From the sequence record MK234886: a stretch of DNA of 64,000 bases; one strand, written 5' to 3'. A program made the translations under genes and the position numbers. The first letter of the stretch is position 1. Each line of letters opens with the position of its first letter. Below are positions 31,383 to 41,409 of the stretch, piece after piece. The DNA is from Escherichia phage AnYang. The notes under the pieces were generated by a model. It worked only from the letters and a program-made list of their open reading frames with translations. It searched no databases and had not been told where the DNA came from.

Positions 31383-33593
31383 TTAAGCCGCTTCCACGGC
31401 TTTCATGAATTTAACGATTTGAGCTACAGAAGCCTCGGTAATGGATGTTCCACGACGATACATGTAGTCCGAAACTAAATGGTAATCAGATTCAAACTGT
31501 ACAGTCATTTTATCATTGTTACTTGAAGCATTATTGGTTAACGTATTAAACGTATTGTTACAAATTCTCTTGGTGATATTCAATTTATCATCAGTGATAT
31601 ATCCATGGAAATTCATATAACGGAATATATCATAGAAATTACTCAGACGAGTATATGCTTCAGTCACCGGCTTATCACTAAAATACTTGGTCATGAAACC
31701 GAGCTCAGGGAACTTGGCAATAATTTCAAGGTAATACCGAGCACGGGTATTACTACCAAGGTAATCATCAACATCTACCGCATCTAGAGCTTCGGTATAG
31801 GCTTCTAATGTAGCTTCCATCAAGCATTCACACTGGCCTAACTTTTTAATCTTTTTGGCAATCTGAGGGCGAATGATATGGAATTCTGTTACACCAATCA
31901 AATTAGCCATACGACACATAGTAGTGGTGTTGATGTCAAAGATACCATAAGCTTCGTCCATACCAAAGATATCAGAACGACTGCCAAACAGCACGTAACC
32001 TGTAATTTCTTCTGCTTCTGCGGCGGTCAAATACATGGTCTCTGTTTGCCAACGCCCATCTTTAATGAACCAACGATAAGCACTTGGTGTTTTAGGACGA
32101 GGTTCTGATGAGCGAACAGTAACCGGAATCCATGGCTTAACAATTTTATTCAGTTCAGAGACTTTATAAAAATGAATTGTGTCACCTTTAAAAAGTTCTT
32201 TAACCTTTTCAAGCTGCTGCATTTGCAGCAAAGAATTAGGGTCGACAAAAATAAGGTCTGTTCCGTATTTAGGAATATTGTGCTCTTTAACAATTTTCTT
32301 GGCTGAAGCACTGCTGTCCATTGCCAGGGCCCAAAGTCCTCGAACTAATGGCACACGGCCCTTTTCATCATCATAAACAACATGGATTTCTTTCTTATTA
32401 ATGCCTAATAAACTACTAAGTCCTGCTACTGAAGAAGTATTACCACTCGGCTTAATTCGTTTCAAACGTGGGTCCATACAAACTTCATAAACAACGCCTA
32501 AATTAAGAAGGTCGTTTTGGAGTGTATAACGCTGGTATAATTTCTCGTATGTTAATTTTTCAGTTGTGAACTGTTTAGTAATGCCTCTTTTAGAAAGATA
32601 ATCACGGGCACTATAACCGAGATTAGAAAGGTCACGATAAACATGACGTGGATTATCGGATTCAACCCATTCCTTCGTATCATTTTTAAAGACCACTGCA
32701 TCCAGTGCTTCGATACGGGTTGCAATATTTTCCATCGTGCGTTTATCAAGAGACAGCACTTCACGAGACGGAGCAATATCCAGTGAACCCATAGGGAACT
32801 TAATATAAACTACGTCATGTCGAGTACGCATCCATGTGCCTTTATTATAAGCTGAATCTAATGGGTAGACAATACCACCATAAACAGCATAAAGACCACT
32901 TCGTTCGAAATCACCATAACCTGTATCGGTTACTGGGTAGTAGTCTTCGAATTCAGGGAAATAATCAACTTCAACGCCATCAACATCACCAAGACCAACA
33001 AATGGGCGCATGATATAACGAATTTCGGTTTCAAACTTACGGAAATCCGATTCATCTACAGGAACTGTGATTTCAATGCCTGTTTTATCATCAGGGCCCA
33101 TAGGCTCTACAAATGTAGGTTTAATCTGTGGACCATCACCGTCCATATAAGCTACGTAACCACGAACTTCACCGTTATGCCATGACGTGATATTAAACGT
33201 TTCCGTATAACTGAACGGAGATTTTGAACCAAGGCCAAATCCACCGATGAAATCGTTAGAAGAGGTTTTAGAAGAAGCAAAATAAGAATTATACAGACCT
33301 GGTTCTTCATCATTACCACGAATCTGGAAATCACTCATGCCTGGACCGAAATCACGGCATACGAAACGTGGGTCCAGTTTACCAGGAACCTGTACTTTCC
33401 AGCGTTCTGTATTGCCATTCAGCATATGGGCATCAATCATGTTAGTAATTAGTTCACGTACTACAGCACGTACTTTATTACTATAAAGGTCTGATGACAG
33501 AATTTTAAAGACCTTAGGCGAGGCCTGGATAGTAAACCCTGTGGACTTAGCACCATTACCAATGATTTGTTCTTTTTCGGTTTCAATAATCAT
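31383..33593 (-). CDS. rIIA: rIIA protein (GHKL ATPase-like)
   Basis: 736 aa; N-terminal VRELITNMIDAH...GGFGLGSKSPF ATPase motifs; T4 rIIA-like. Confidence 0.9.
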   Translation of the reverse strand: MIIETEKEQIIGNGAKSTGFTIQASPKVFKILSSDLYSNKVRAVVRELITNMIDAHMLNGNTERWKVQVPGKLDPRFVCRDFGPGMSDFQIRGNDEEPGLYNSYFASSKTSSNDFIGGFGLGSKSPFSYTETFNITSWHNGEVRGYVAYMDGDGPQIKPTFVEPMGPDDKTGIEITVPVDESDFRKFETEIRYIMRPFVGLGDVDGVEVDYFPEFEDYYPVTDTGYGDFERSGLYAVYGGIVYPLDSAYNKGTWMRTRHDVVYIKFPMGSLDIAPSREVLSLDKRTMENIATRIEALDAVVFKNDTKEWVESDNPRHVYRDLSNLGYSARDYLSKRGITKQFTTEKLTYEKLYQRYTLQNDLLNLGVVYEVCMDPRLKRIKPSGNTSSVAGLSSLLGINKKEIHVVYDDEKGRVPLVRGLWALAMDSSASAKKIVKEHNIPKYGTDLIFVDPNSLLQMQQLEKVKELFKGDTIHFYKVSELNKIVKPWIPVTVRSSEPRPKTPSAYRWFIKDGRWQTETMYLTAAEAEEITGYVLFGSRSDIFGMDEAYGIFDINTTTMCRMANLIGVTEFHIIRPQIAKKIKKLGQCECLMEATLEAYTEALDAVDVDDYLGSNTRARYYLEIIAKFPELGFMTKYFSDKPVTEAYTRLSNFYDIFRYMNFHGYITDDKLNITKRICNNTFNTLTNNASSNNDKMTVQFESDYHLVSDYMYRRGTSITEASVAQIVKFMKAVEAA

Positions 33594-33600
33594 ATTTTTC

Positions 33601-33804
33601 TCAATTCAGGTTACGTTTAAAAAGGTCTGCCACTTCAAGGAGCTCGTCCTTAGTAGCGATGTCGTTGAGTATTTTATATCTGATTTCTTTAAAGCGTTCT
33701 TTAAAATCCTCAGCCGCATTGATATCAAAAAATCGCTGGATTAATCGGAATTCTTTATGGACTGCTTTATCGAACAAATCAATATTCACTTTAAAGTTTG
33801 TCAT
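33601..33804 (-). CDS. hypothetical protein (rIIA.1 position)
   Basis: 67-aa ORF. Confidence 0.5.
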   Translation of the reverse strand: MTNFKVNIDLFDKAVHKEFRLIQRFFDINAAEDFKERFKEIRYKILNDIATKDELLEVADLFKRNLN

Positions 33805-34141
33805 TTTTAACTACCTCATGTTGAACATATTCTCTGGTAGAACCAAGTTCAGCCAGAATTCTTCTCATAGAACCCATTGTACTTTTGTGCTCTCTGTGGC
33901 GATACATTATCTCTAAAACCTTTTCCTGGACCACAGGAGAGAGCGCCTGGTTATCTTTAATCTTTAAGGCAATAGATTTTACAGCCTTAAGGTATTCAAG
34001 TCCCTTACCGCTTGTAGTCACTACTCCTTCATCTTTACAGTTACGAATAGCCGTTTCCATAAAGGATAAAGCCAGGTTGTCAGTATTCACTATACTGTTA
34101 TCTTGCATAATCATATTCTCACCTCTAGATAATCCTATCAC
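33791..34141 (-). CDS. hypothetical protein
   Basis: 116-aa ORF. Confidence 0.45.
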   Translation of the reverse strand: MIGLSRGENMIMQDNSIVNTDNLALSFMETAIRNCKDEGVVTTSGKGLEYLKAVKSIALKIKDNQALSPVVQEKVLEIMYRHREHKSTMGSMRRILAELGSTREYVQHEVVKNDKL

Positions 34142-34165
34142 AGTTTTGTTATGTTGTAAACCCCG

Positions 34166-34183
34166 AAAAGGGCCCGAAGGCCC
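34166..34183 (-). terminator. intrinsic terminator
   Basis: Minus strand GGGCC-UUCG-GGCCC followed by UUUU. Confidence 0.5.
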
Positions 34184-34187
34184 TTAA

Positions 34188-34340
34188 TTATTCAATTTTG
34201 TAGACTTGTCCTCGAACTTGATAAAATTCGCCTTCCCAGGTTTCTACCATAATGGTCACGTACTCTGCGAACAAAGGTCTCTTCTCAGCCCAGAGATATC
34301 CAAATTCACCGGTGGCTAGCGTTATCCAGTACTTTCTCAT
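34188..34340 (-). CDS. hypothetical small protein
   Basis: Track ORF trimmed to MRKYWITLATGEF (AGGAG RBS 5 nt upstream); the longer form overlaps gp39. Confidence 0.35.
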   Translation of the reverse strand: MRKYWITLATGEFGYLWAEKRPLFAEYVTIMVETWEGEFYQVRGQVYKIE

Positions 34341-34383
34341 AAAGTCTCCTAATTGTATGGCACTCATGTACCATACATATTTA

Positions 34384-36201
34384 TTACGACATCCAGGCCT
34401 TACGGAGTTGAGGGTCATTTCCGAGGAGCATTTCGAACTGTTCTTTCCAATCTTCAGGCAATTGAACCACATCAAATTTAGGGTCTTGAATCATTCGACG
34501 GTATTCAGCCTTCTCAAGAGAACCTAGTCCTTTGATATAACGAATAGAATGTTTTGGTAGAGAGTCCTTAGCTTTGGTATAACTAGGAACATCATAGAAC
34601 CATTCCTGTTCTTTACCAACCTGGGCAATAATCACCGGAGTTTTACAGAATCGTACTCGACCCTGTTCGAACAATTCAGGCCATTGACTAAAGAAGGCTA
34701 GCAATGATGGATAAATCGAACCAGTACCATCCACATCAGCATCAGTCATGATAGCGATATTACGATAGTTAGTTTTCTCTGCGGGTTCGCCAATAACCAG
34801 TCCAGTGATTGCACAGATATCAAATAGTTCCTTGTTCTTCATGATATCTGTTGCTGTCATTCCCCAGGTATTCATAACCTTACCACGTAATGGATACCCG
34901 CCTTGAAGGTCTTTATTACGAACTTCAATGAAAGGACCCATAGCGGAATCACCTTCGGTTAGGAACAGGGTTGTATCAGCATCTTTGCCGTATAAGTTAG
35001 CTTTAATATGCTTATGGACCTTGGCTTTAGAAGCTTTCTTAGCGGCTTTAGTTTCGGCAGCCTTTTCAGCTGCTAATTTACGTGCTAAAGCAGCTTCAAC
35101 GATAGGCATAATCAACCCTTCGTCTTTAAGAATATACTGTGAGATTTTCTTTGCATCAATTTGAATATGGTTACGAATTTCACCGAATGGTGACGTCAAA
35201 CGTTCTTTAGTCTGGGAATCAAAACGCATATTACTCATATCGCGAATGAACATCAGCATAGTTAAGCATTCTTTAACTCGTGCCTTACTTACTTCGATGC
35301 CTTTATATTTCTTCTTGATGCCTGGCAAGAGATGTTCGCAGATATCATCAAACACACATTCAACATGATGACCACCGTTCTTAGTATGAATATTGTTCAC
35401 ATAAGTTAGGTGACGGAATCCATCTGGAGATGTAGTAAATGCCAATGAGACATTATCGGTTTCTTGAATTACTACATCTTTACCAAATTGATTGGCATAC
35501 TTTTTAAAGTTGCCATCTACTTTTTTACCATTAAAAGTAAATTGAATATCAGGATAAATTACAGCTAGAGTTTTAAGACGATCTAGAGTAATATCCAGAT
35601 AAATTTGTGATAGAGAGTTCTCTTCAAAATGATTAAAGTCTGGAGTGAATATAACCGAAGTACCCTTACCTTTAGATTTCTTAGTAGACCAACCTTTGTT
35701 TTCCATTCCATTGGAACAGTTAACTGTAATTTCATTCTCGCCATCAGAGGTGATGCCTGTGAACAAAACAGAGAAGATATTAGTTAAACTACTACCGACA
35801 CCATTCATGCCGCCTGTCTTACGCTCTGCATCATCTCCAAAGTTACCACCTGCCTTTGGGATAGTCCATGCAGCTACAGGACCTGGGATTTGTTCACCAT
35901 TTTGATCGATGACCATTGCTTGTGGAATACCACGACCATTATCAGAAACTGAAACCTGGTTATTCTTAATTTGAACATCAATTTTATTTGCGAACTTAAA
36001 ATTGGTGCGAATAGCTTCATCGACAGAGTTATCAATGATTTCGTCAATTAATTTAACCAGTCCAGGAACATAGTTCACCTGAGTAAAATTACCAAACAGG
36101 AATCGACCGTGAGCTTCATTAGCACTGGAGCCAATATACATCCCACTACGTTTTTTGATATGTTCAATGTCGGACAGTACTTTAATTTCATTCTTAATCA
36201 T
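34384..36201 (-). CDS. 39: DNA topoisomerase II large subunit, fused gp39+gp60
   Basis: 605-aa continuous ORF with GHKL ATPase N-terminus and TOPRIM region; no split or bypass element as in T4 gene 60. Confidence 0.9.
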   Translation of the reverse strand: MIKNEIKVLSDIEHIKKRSGMYIGSSANEAHGRFLFGNFTQVNYVPGLVKLIDEIIDNSVDEAIRTNFKFANKIDVQIKNNQVSVSDNGRGIPQAMVIDQNGEQIPGPVAAWTIPKAGGNFGDDAERKTGGMNGVGSSLTNIFSVLFTGITSDGENEITVNCSNGMENKGWSTKKSKGKGTSVIFTPDFNHFEENSLSQIYLDITLDRLKTLAVIYPDIQFTFNGKKVDGNFKKYANQFGKDVVIQETDNVSLAFTTSPDGFRHLTYVNNIHTKNGGHHVECVFDDICEHLLPGIKKKYKGIEVSKARVKECLTMLMFIRDMSNMRFDSQTKERLTSPFGEIRNHIQIDAKKISQYILKDEGLIMPIVEAALARKLAAEKAAETKAAKKASKAKVHKHIKANLYGKDADTTLFLTEGDSAMGPFIEVRNKDLQGGYPLRGKVMNTWGMTATDIMKNKELFDICAITGLVIGEPAEKTNYRNIAIMTDADVDGTGSIYPSLLAFFSQWPELFEQGRVRFCKTPVIIAQVGKEQEWFYDVPSYTKAKDSLPKHSIRYIKGLGSLEKAEYRRMIQDPKFDVVQLPEDWKEQFEMLLGNDPQLRKAWMS

Positions 36202-36251
36202 GTTATTTCCTCATGTAGTAGGAGAATATTATCCCATTTCACTTAAAGCAT

Positions 36252-36267
36252 AAAAGGGCCGAAGCCC
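36252..36267 (-). terminator. putative terminator between lipoprotein gene and gene 39
   Basis: Minus strand GGGC-UUCG-GCCC followed by UUUU; short stem. Confidence 0.35.
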
Positions 36268-36528
36268 TTAATCAAATCGAATGGTCGACTTTTTAAAGAA
36301 TAACCCGGAACAAACTGTCCCTTCAACCCTTTTACCTGTCGGCCCTACAGCAATAAAGCCTGTACGTTGGAAATCATCTTCAGAGCAGCCAAATAGGTTG
36401 TATCCTGTGATTTGGATTTGTTCGTAGCCATTTGCATCCAATACACGGGTAGCATTATCGGCATCAGTACAACCAACCAACGAAACTGCTAGTACAAGAG
36501 CTGCAATAGAACGATTAATATATTTCAT
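36268..36528 (-). CDS. putative lipoprotein
   Basis: 86 aa; signal peptide plus lipobox (ALVLAVSLVGC). Confidence 0.6.
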   Translation of the reverse strand: MKYINRSIAALVLAVSLVGCTDADNATRVLDANGYEQIQITGYNLFGCSEDDFQRTGFIAVGPTGKRVEGTVCSGLFFKKSTIRFD

Positions 36529-36534
36529 AATTTC

Positions 36535-36711
36535 TCACTTAGTCAGCAGGTCGTAAAACCCACCATTAACATGTTTAGGGGCCGAGACTAACCGAACAGC
36601 CAGCCGATGGCAATCAGGACAAACATCATTATCTCTTTCAGAGATTTTCTTGATTTTTTCGTATTCTTTTGCACAGTCTTCAGATTGGCATTTATAATCA
36701 TAAAGTGGCAT
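36535..36711 (-). CDS. small zinc-ribbon protein (FmdB-like)
   Basis: Manual 58-aa ORF MPLYDYKCQSEDCAKEYEKIKKISERDNDVCPDCHRLAVRLVSAPKHVNGGFYDLLTK; two CxxC pairs. Confidence 0.5.
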   Translation of the reverse strand: MPLYDYKCQSEDCAKEYEKIKKISERDNDVCPDCHRLAVRLVSAPKHVNGGFYDLLTK

Positions 36712-36712
36712 A

Positions 36713-37120
36713 TTATTCCTTAAAGTGAGCTTTCAACATCTGGTAAACGGTCCAGGCTTCAGAGTTATTAGAGATAGTGATTTTAGTCAAAGGGAAATCA
36801 CTCGGTTCGGACGGTTCATCACTATCATCGTAGTCATAATCACGGTCTTCATCCAATTCTTCGTCGCACTCAACTTCAACCATTTCGGTAAAAAATTTCC
36901 TCTCACTAGCGTATATAACCATATCTTTATTATCGCCGTAAACCAGGTCGAAGTTGGTTACACATCCATTTGAAATTTTAACCGGGGAAAAACCTTCACC
37001 TTCAATAATAACATCGGCTACAATATTATTGATACCTCTACGACGGAATTCAGCTTCTGCCGCATCATCTTTAAAATAGTACCATTTACCTTTTTCAAAT
37101 TCAGGTTCTTGATTAAGCAT
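36713..37120 (-). CDS. hypothetical acidic protein
   Basis: Track ORF trimmed to MLNQEPEF; acidic C-terminal tract. Confidence 0.5.
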   Translation of the reverse strand: MLNQEPEFEKGKWYYFKDDAAEAEFRRRGINNIVADVIIEGEGFSPVKISNGCVTNFDLVYGDNKDMVIYASERKFFTEMVEVECDEELDEDRDYDYDDSDEPSEPSDFPLTKITISNNSEAWTVYQMLKAHFKE

Positions 37121-37331
37121 TGTAAGTTTCCTTCCAGAAGTCGGTGCCTTCAGCAGTGATTTCACGGAACACTGCATAGATAGGGGTTTTATCGCCTTGA
37201 TTTTCGTATACATAAACCGACGATAAATGAGAAAACGTATCAGAATGTTCCTTTTGAACCACGATTAAATCCGGGTTGAACAGAACATCTTCAAATTCTT
37301 CACGAGTCGAGTTCACAGTAACTTTAGCCAT
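37113..37331 (-). CDS. hypothetical protein
   Basis: 72-aa ORF downstream of a promoter motif. Confidence 0.5.
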   Translation of the reverse strand: MAKVTVNSTREEFEDVLFNPDLIVVQKEHSDTFSHLSSVYVYENQGDKTPIYAVFREITAEGTDFWKETYNA

Positions 37332-37361
37332 TTTATTTTCCTCTCATTTGTTGATAGGGTA

Positions 37362-37391
37362 ATCTTATCACTACCCTACCATATTGTATAC
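37362..37391 (-). promoter_or_regulatory. early promoter-like motif (variant)
   Basis: GTATAC-N18-TAAGAT with CCTATCAAC leader; inverted repeat. Confidence 0.4.
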
Positions 37392-37405
37392 TGTTTTTTT
37401 AAACT

Positions 37406-37972
37406 TTATGCGCGATGAATATTGGCATATTCAACAATAAAGCTTTCAGGGACCACCTTAAAGGTTCCAAGGAATACGATGTTATAGAGTTTAACACCTT
37501 CTTCAACCCATTGGTCTGTGATATAACCGGACATGCTAGTGGTTTCATAAGTACCGAAAATTTCGTCATAGTATTCAAACGGCTTAGGGGAAACGAAAAA
37601 GACACCCGCGCCTAATTCCCATTTAAAATGGACACCCACATGAGACTGGTCAATAGTTTCAACGTCTTGAGCTACTACGCCACGGATATCATTGCTTTCA
37701 CATACATACCCATCATGGGATTCAACTTCTTCAACTACAGGAGCGATGTATCCAGTGAATTCAGTTGATTCCAAGAATTTAGCACGCACATAAGCGAATT
37801 GAGTTTCAGTCTGGCCATTTTTAGGAATGATACGCACTTTTACTTCAGAATTTTCTTCACTGATACCTTCTTTAAGTTGGATGCTAACAACTTCAACTAA
37901 ATGGCCTGCAGCTTTTGAACGAGACTTTTTGGATACACGAACAATACCGCCGATATCGGAAATAGTAATCAT
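37406..37972 (-). CDS. hypothetical protein, paralog A
   Basis: 188 aa; C-terminal block GYITDQWVEEGVKLYNIVFLGTFKVVPESFIV shared with the next gene. Confidence 0.55.
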   Translation of the reverse strand: MITISDIGGIVRVSKKSRSKAAGHLVEVVSIQLKEGISEENSEVKVRIIPKNGQTETQFAYVRAKFLESTEFTGYIAPVVEEVESHDGYVCESNDIRGVVAQDVETIDQSHVGVHFKWELGAGVFFVSPKPFEYYDEIFGTYETTSMSGYITDQWVEEGVKLYNIVFLGTFKVVPESFIVEYANIHRA

Positions 37973-38044
37973 AATTTTCTCTCTTGGTTAAAAGTTTATT
38001 CTCCGTAAGAGCCATTATAACATGGCTCTCGATAAAGTAAACTA

Positions 38045-38593
38045 CTAATTCAATACATTAACCACTGCATTACGAGGTACTACACTAAAATCACCTGCAT
38101 GGACAACGTTCAGCAGCTCAACACCGTCTTCAACCCACTGGTCTGTTACCCAACCACAGATAGGATTATCAAAAGGACGACGGATAGACACAGCAACACA
38201 CAGCAGGTCAGTAGGGTCTTGTTCTTCAACTTCTTGGAACAGGATGAACTCTGCTTCATAAACCAAGATTTTCTCTATTTTGTTATTATCTAATCGACGG
38301 CCGTGGATGACGTAAGATTTGGCAAACCAGTCACTTTTGGTAAATTCTTCAACAATAAATTCGCCTTCGCCAAAAACATCAGTCAGAGTTTTATGGCCGG
38401 AAATCAAGGCATTAGTTTTAATTTCAGGTTCAACCAGTTTATAGGTTTTGCCGATTTTGATAGTCTGAGTAGTCATAGTGGTTTCCTTAATTTCCAGTGG
38501 TTTAACAGGGCATACATAAGTGCTTAAAACATCAAAATCAATCAGTTTAGCTGCCGGATTTGGAGTGTATTTAGGGTTGTAATTAAATTTCAT
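38045..38593 (-). CDS. hypothetical protein, paralog B
   Basis: 182 aa; C-terminal block GWVTDQWVEDGVELLNVVHAGDFSVVPRNAVV. Confidence 0.55.
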   Translation of the reverse strand: MKFNYNPKYTPNPAAKLIDFDVLSTYVCPVKPLEIKETTMTTQTIKIGKTYKLVEPEIKTNALISGHKTLTDVFGEGEFIVEEFTKSDWFAKSYVIHGRRLDNNKIEKILVYEAEFILFQEVEEQDPTDLLCVAVSIRRPFDNPICGWVTDQWVEDGVELLNVVHAGDFSVVPRNAVVNVLN

Positions 38594-39099
38594 ATTGTTC
38601 TCAATTCAATAAAATCTACGAGTTCAGCATGGGATTTGCGGAACATTACTTGGCGGCCACCAATGACAACCTCATCTTCTGGTATTTCGTAAACAGCAAG
38701 ATAGAATCCTTTAGAAGATAATTCAGCACGCTCTTCACGAGTAAACCAGCGCATCATATCATACTCGCTGGCAAAGGCAAAATGGTAGAGGTTAACAAAC
38801 CAACCTGGAATGTAGTTATCTACACCTTTATAATCTTCATGTTCGAATTTGGTTTTAATTACCATATTAGAATTTTTAACCAACAATTCGTCTTGACTTG
38901 GTAGTGGAATATTTTTATTATTGGTATGATGGTGTCTAAAATTAGGTCTGTCGAAACCTACTTCCAATAACCAACCTTCACTCCATTCGTCAAATGAGCC
39001 TCTATACGGGGTTAATTGGCGGCATTGTTGACGAGTGATTGCGATAACATCGCTGTTGTCTAGGATACTGAACGATGACTCCACTCGATAAATTTTCAT
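38590..39099 (-). CDS. hypothetical protein
   Basis: 169-aa ORF downstream of a promoter motif. Confidence 0.55.
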   Translation of the reverse strand: MKIYRVESSFSILDNSDVIAITRQQCRQLTPYRGSFDEWSEGWLLEVGFDRPNFRHHHTNNKNIPLPSQDELLVKNSNMVIKTKFEHEDYKGVDNYIPGWFVNLYHFAFASEYDMMRWFTREERAELSSKGFYLAVYEIPEDEVVIGGRQVMFRKSHAELVDFIELRTI

Positions 39100-39126
39100 T
39101 TTGTTCTCCTCATGTTGATAGGGTAG

Positions 39127-39155
39127 ATAATATCATGTCATGAGGAGAAGTAAAC
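39127..39155 (-). promoter_or_regulatory. T4-type early promoter
   Basis: GTTTAC-N17-TATTATCTACCCTATCAACATGAGGAG. Confidence 0.55.
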
Positions 39156-39159
39156 ACTT

Positions 39160-39834
39160 TTATCGATTTTTTACACTTAACGGGTCAGGATTCTCAGGGA
39201 CATCTTCCAGGCCCAAGGCGTATCGTTGGGCATATTTAAGCATCAAGATATCCTTAGCACAGTCATGGATGGAGTCATGAGCAACAAAGCCGTTCAATGT
39301 TCCGTTAGGCAGAGGACACATGCTCAATCCACGAGTCAATGAATATGCTTCAATAGCCGTACGGATGTCACGTTGGTTCCAGAATTTAACCGGTTCTAAT
39401 TTGCTGGTATCGATTTCATTCTCAGGGACACCTTCAGAACGATAAGCATCGCGAATAAGGTCGACTAAGATAGGAAAGTCAAATGACATTCCACGACACC
39501 ACATCTGTGATTTCCATTGGTCCACTTCGTTTTTACGGCAGTATTCCAGGAAATTACCAAGGCCGATAGAAGTGCTCACATCAATTTCAGATGGCGCCAG
39601 GTTTTTACGTGCTTCAGGCCCTTGCTCTTTCCACCACTGTAACGTGCTTTTAGAAAACAGTCGTCTATCACGTTGAGAAGCGAGGTCAAATTTAATACGA
39701 AGGCCCCGTCGAGTAAGCTCTTCAAACGTTTCTACAACCTCTGGATTAGGGTCATAAGCAATTACCGCGAGGTCGATAACCGCCGCGTTTTGGGTAGTGG
39801 CAAAGGTTTCAAAGTCAATAATTATATCTTTCAT
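39160..39834 (-). CDS. dexA: exonuclease A (DEDD 3'-5' exonuclease)
   Basis: 224 aa; N-terminal IIDFETFAT DEDD-type motif; T4 DexA size and position. Confidence 0.8.
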   Translation of the reverse strand: MKDIIIDFETFATTQNAAVIDLAVIAYDPNPEVVETFEELTRRGLRIKFDLASQRDRRLFSKSTLQWWKEQGPEARKNLAPSEIDVSTSIGLGNFLEYCRKNEVDQWKSQMWCRGMSFDFPILVDLIRDAYRSEGVPENEIDTSKLEPVKFWNQRDIRTAIEAYSLTRGLSMCPLPNGTLNGFVAHDSIHDCAKDILMLKYAQRYALGLEDVPENPDPLSVKNR

Positions 39835-40070
39835 TTAACATACCTCATAAGGTCACGGATTTGACCGACGGTGTAGTCTTCAATATAAACCGAAGAGATA
39901 TTGTCGTCCATCAGTTTTTGTACAGCAATAAAATCGTATTCAATCTCTTTAAGAGAATGCAAGACCTTATGAGCCTTGCCACGGATATTGGTATCGTCTT
40001 GGTTGACCTTAATAATATATTCTGTTTCAAATTTCAACTTATAAAATTGGTCTTTAGTTACTTTAATCAT
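39831..40070 (-). CDS. hypothetical protein
   Basis: Track ORF trimmed to MIKVTKDQ, just downstream of dda stop. Confidence 0.4.
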   Translation of the reverse strand: MIKVTKDQFYKLKFETEYIIKVNQDDTNIRGKAHKVLHSLKEIEYDFIAVQKLMDDNISSVYIEDYTVGQIRDLMRYVK

Positions 40071-40077
40071 ATTTTCC

Positions 40078-41409
40078 TCAAACGTAATAAGCATCAGTAC
40101 GAGCACGAGTAATACTAACATAAGCTAGCTGTGAAGCTAAACTCACATCAGCCATATGCATACACGGCGTATAGATGAAACTGTTCTGGACCGTGAGGCC
40201 TTGGGATTTATGAACAGTGCTCACAGGAAGAGCTCGAACCTTAGTAAACATTCTCTTAGCTTTCCAAAAATCAGCCCACTTAGGTTTCTTACCACTACCA
40301 CGCATGGCTTTGTACTCAGTAGCAACCTTAGCCAAGAAATAATGGAACTTCTCAACCGAAGCCTCATCAATAACCTTTAAGTGCTCTACGTAATACTCAT
40401 CATCTTCATCGATAGATTCTACTTGGAGGTCCCAGTAATTAATCATTTGTCGAGTGCCTACATCCTTAGCAGACAAGAACAATGAGGTGTGGTTCACATC
40501 TAGAATACGAACCATTTGACCATTATTAAAAATGGTTTCAGAGAATTTCTTACCGTCGTATTCAAGTTCCTTCATAAAAGGCTCTTGCATTACCAGGATT
40601 TCACCTTTGATATAAGGTGCATCGGTTTCGTAAAGCTTTTTACGAATAATGCTATTCAGCTTTTCAACCGATTTATTTGTATAAGCAAACATCCTATTTT
40701 CAAATAAGGCATCCGCGTCTTTTACAATGGAAAAATAATTCATCATAAAATCTTTTAAAGCGGTTTGGGATTTAAAGCCATGAACACCATGTCCTTCGAA
40801 TACACAATCTCTAAACCATCCACCATTACGGATTTCAGTAGCAACCTCAATGATAGGAGCATTACTACGCATTACTTCGGTCAAATGCAATTGCTTGATT
40901 TTTGGATGAGTAAAGAACGGAGACAACTGTGGACTACCATCACTTCCAGGTTCCACTGGCTGTAGCTGAGCTCTGTCGCCAATCCCTAATACAGTACACC
41001 ATGGAGGCACGGAAGATTCAATAATCTTAAACAGCTTACCGTCAATCATCGAGCCTTCATCAACAACTAGCACATTACATTTACTCAAATCAGGAGCTTC
41101 GCGTTGTTCAAAGATGTCCTGGTCTTCGTATGTGGTAGGGTTAATCTTTAAGATTCTATGGATTGTTGATGCTTCTTGACCTGCGAGTTTCGACAACACC
41201 TTTTTGGCCGCATGAGTGGGTGCAGTCAAAATAACTCCGAGTTCACCATTCTTGACTAGATGGTCAAGAATAAATTTGGTAAGGGTTGTTTTACCCGTAC
41301 CGGCTGGACCGTTCAATGTAATCCATTCGCCCTTACGTCGTTTAATAGCTTCAATGATTTCTTTAAAAGCCGTCCTCTGGCCAATGTTCAAGTCTTCAAA
41401 TGTAATCAT
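40078..41409 (-). CDS. dda: Dda DNA helicase (SF1)
   Basis: 443 aa; Walker A GPAGTGKTT, near-collinear with T4 Dda. Confidence 0.9.
   Translation of the reverse strand: MITFEDLNIGQRTAFKEIIEAIKRRKGEWITLNGPAGTGKTTLTKFILDHLVKNGELGVILTAPTHAAKKVLSKLAGQEASTIHRILKINPTTYEDQDIFEQREAPDLSKCNVLVVDEGSMIDGKLFKIIESSVPPWCTVLGIGDRAQLQPVEPGSDGSPQLSPFFTHPKIKQLHLTEVMRSNAPIIEVATEIRNGGWFRDCVFEGHGVHGFKSQTALKDFMMNYFSIVKDADALFENRMFAYTNKSVEKLNSIIRKKLYETDAPYIKGEILVMQEPFMKELEYDGKKFSETIFNNGQMVRILDVNHTSLFLSAKDVGTRQMINYWDLQVESIDEDDEYYVEHLKVIDEASVEKFHYFLAKVATEYKAMRGSGKKPKWADFWKAKRMFTKVRALPVSTVHKSQGLTVQNSFIYTPCMHMADVSLASQLAYVSITRARTDAYYV

Noticed and set aside
34384-36201. Possible programmed translational bypass (gene 60 type) in the topoisomerase gene
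   Set aside because: The ORF is continuous across the 39/60 junction; no stop codon or take-off/landing gap is present.
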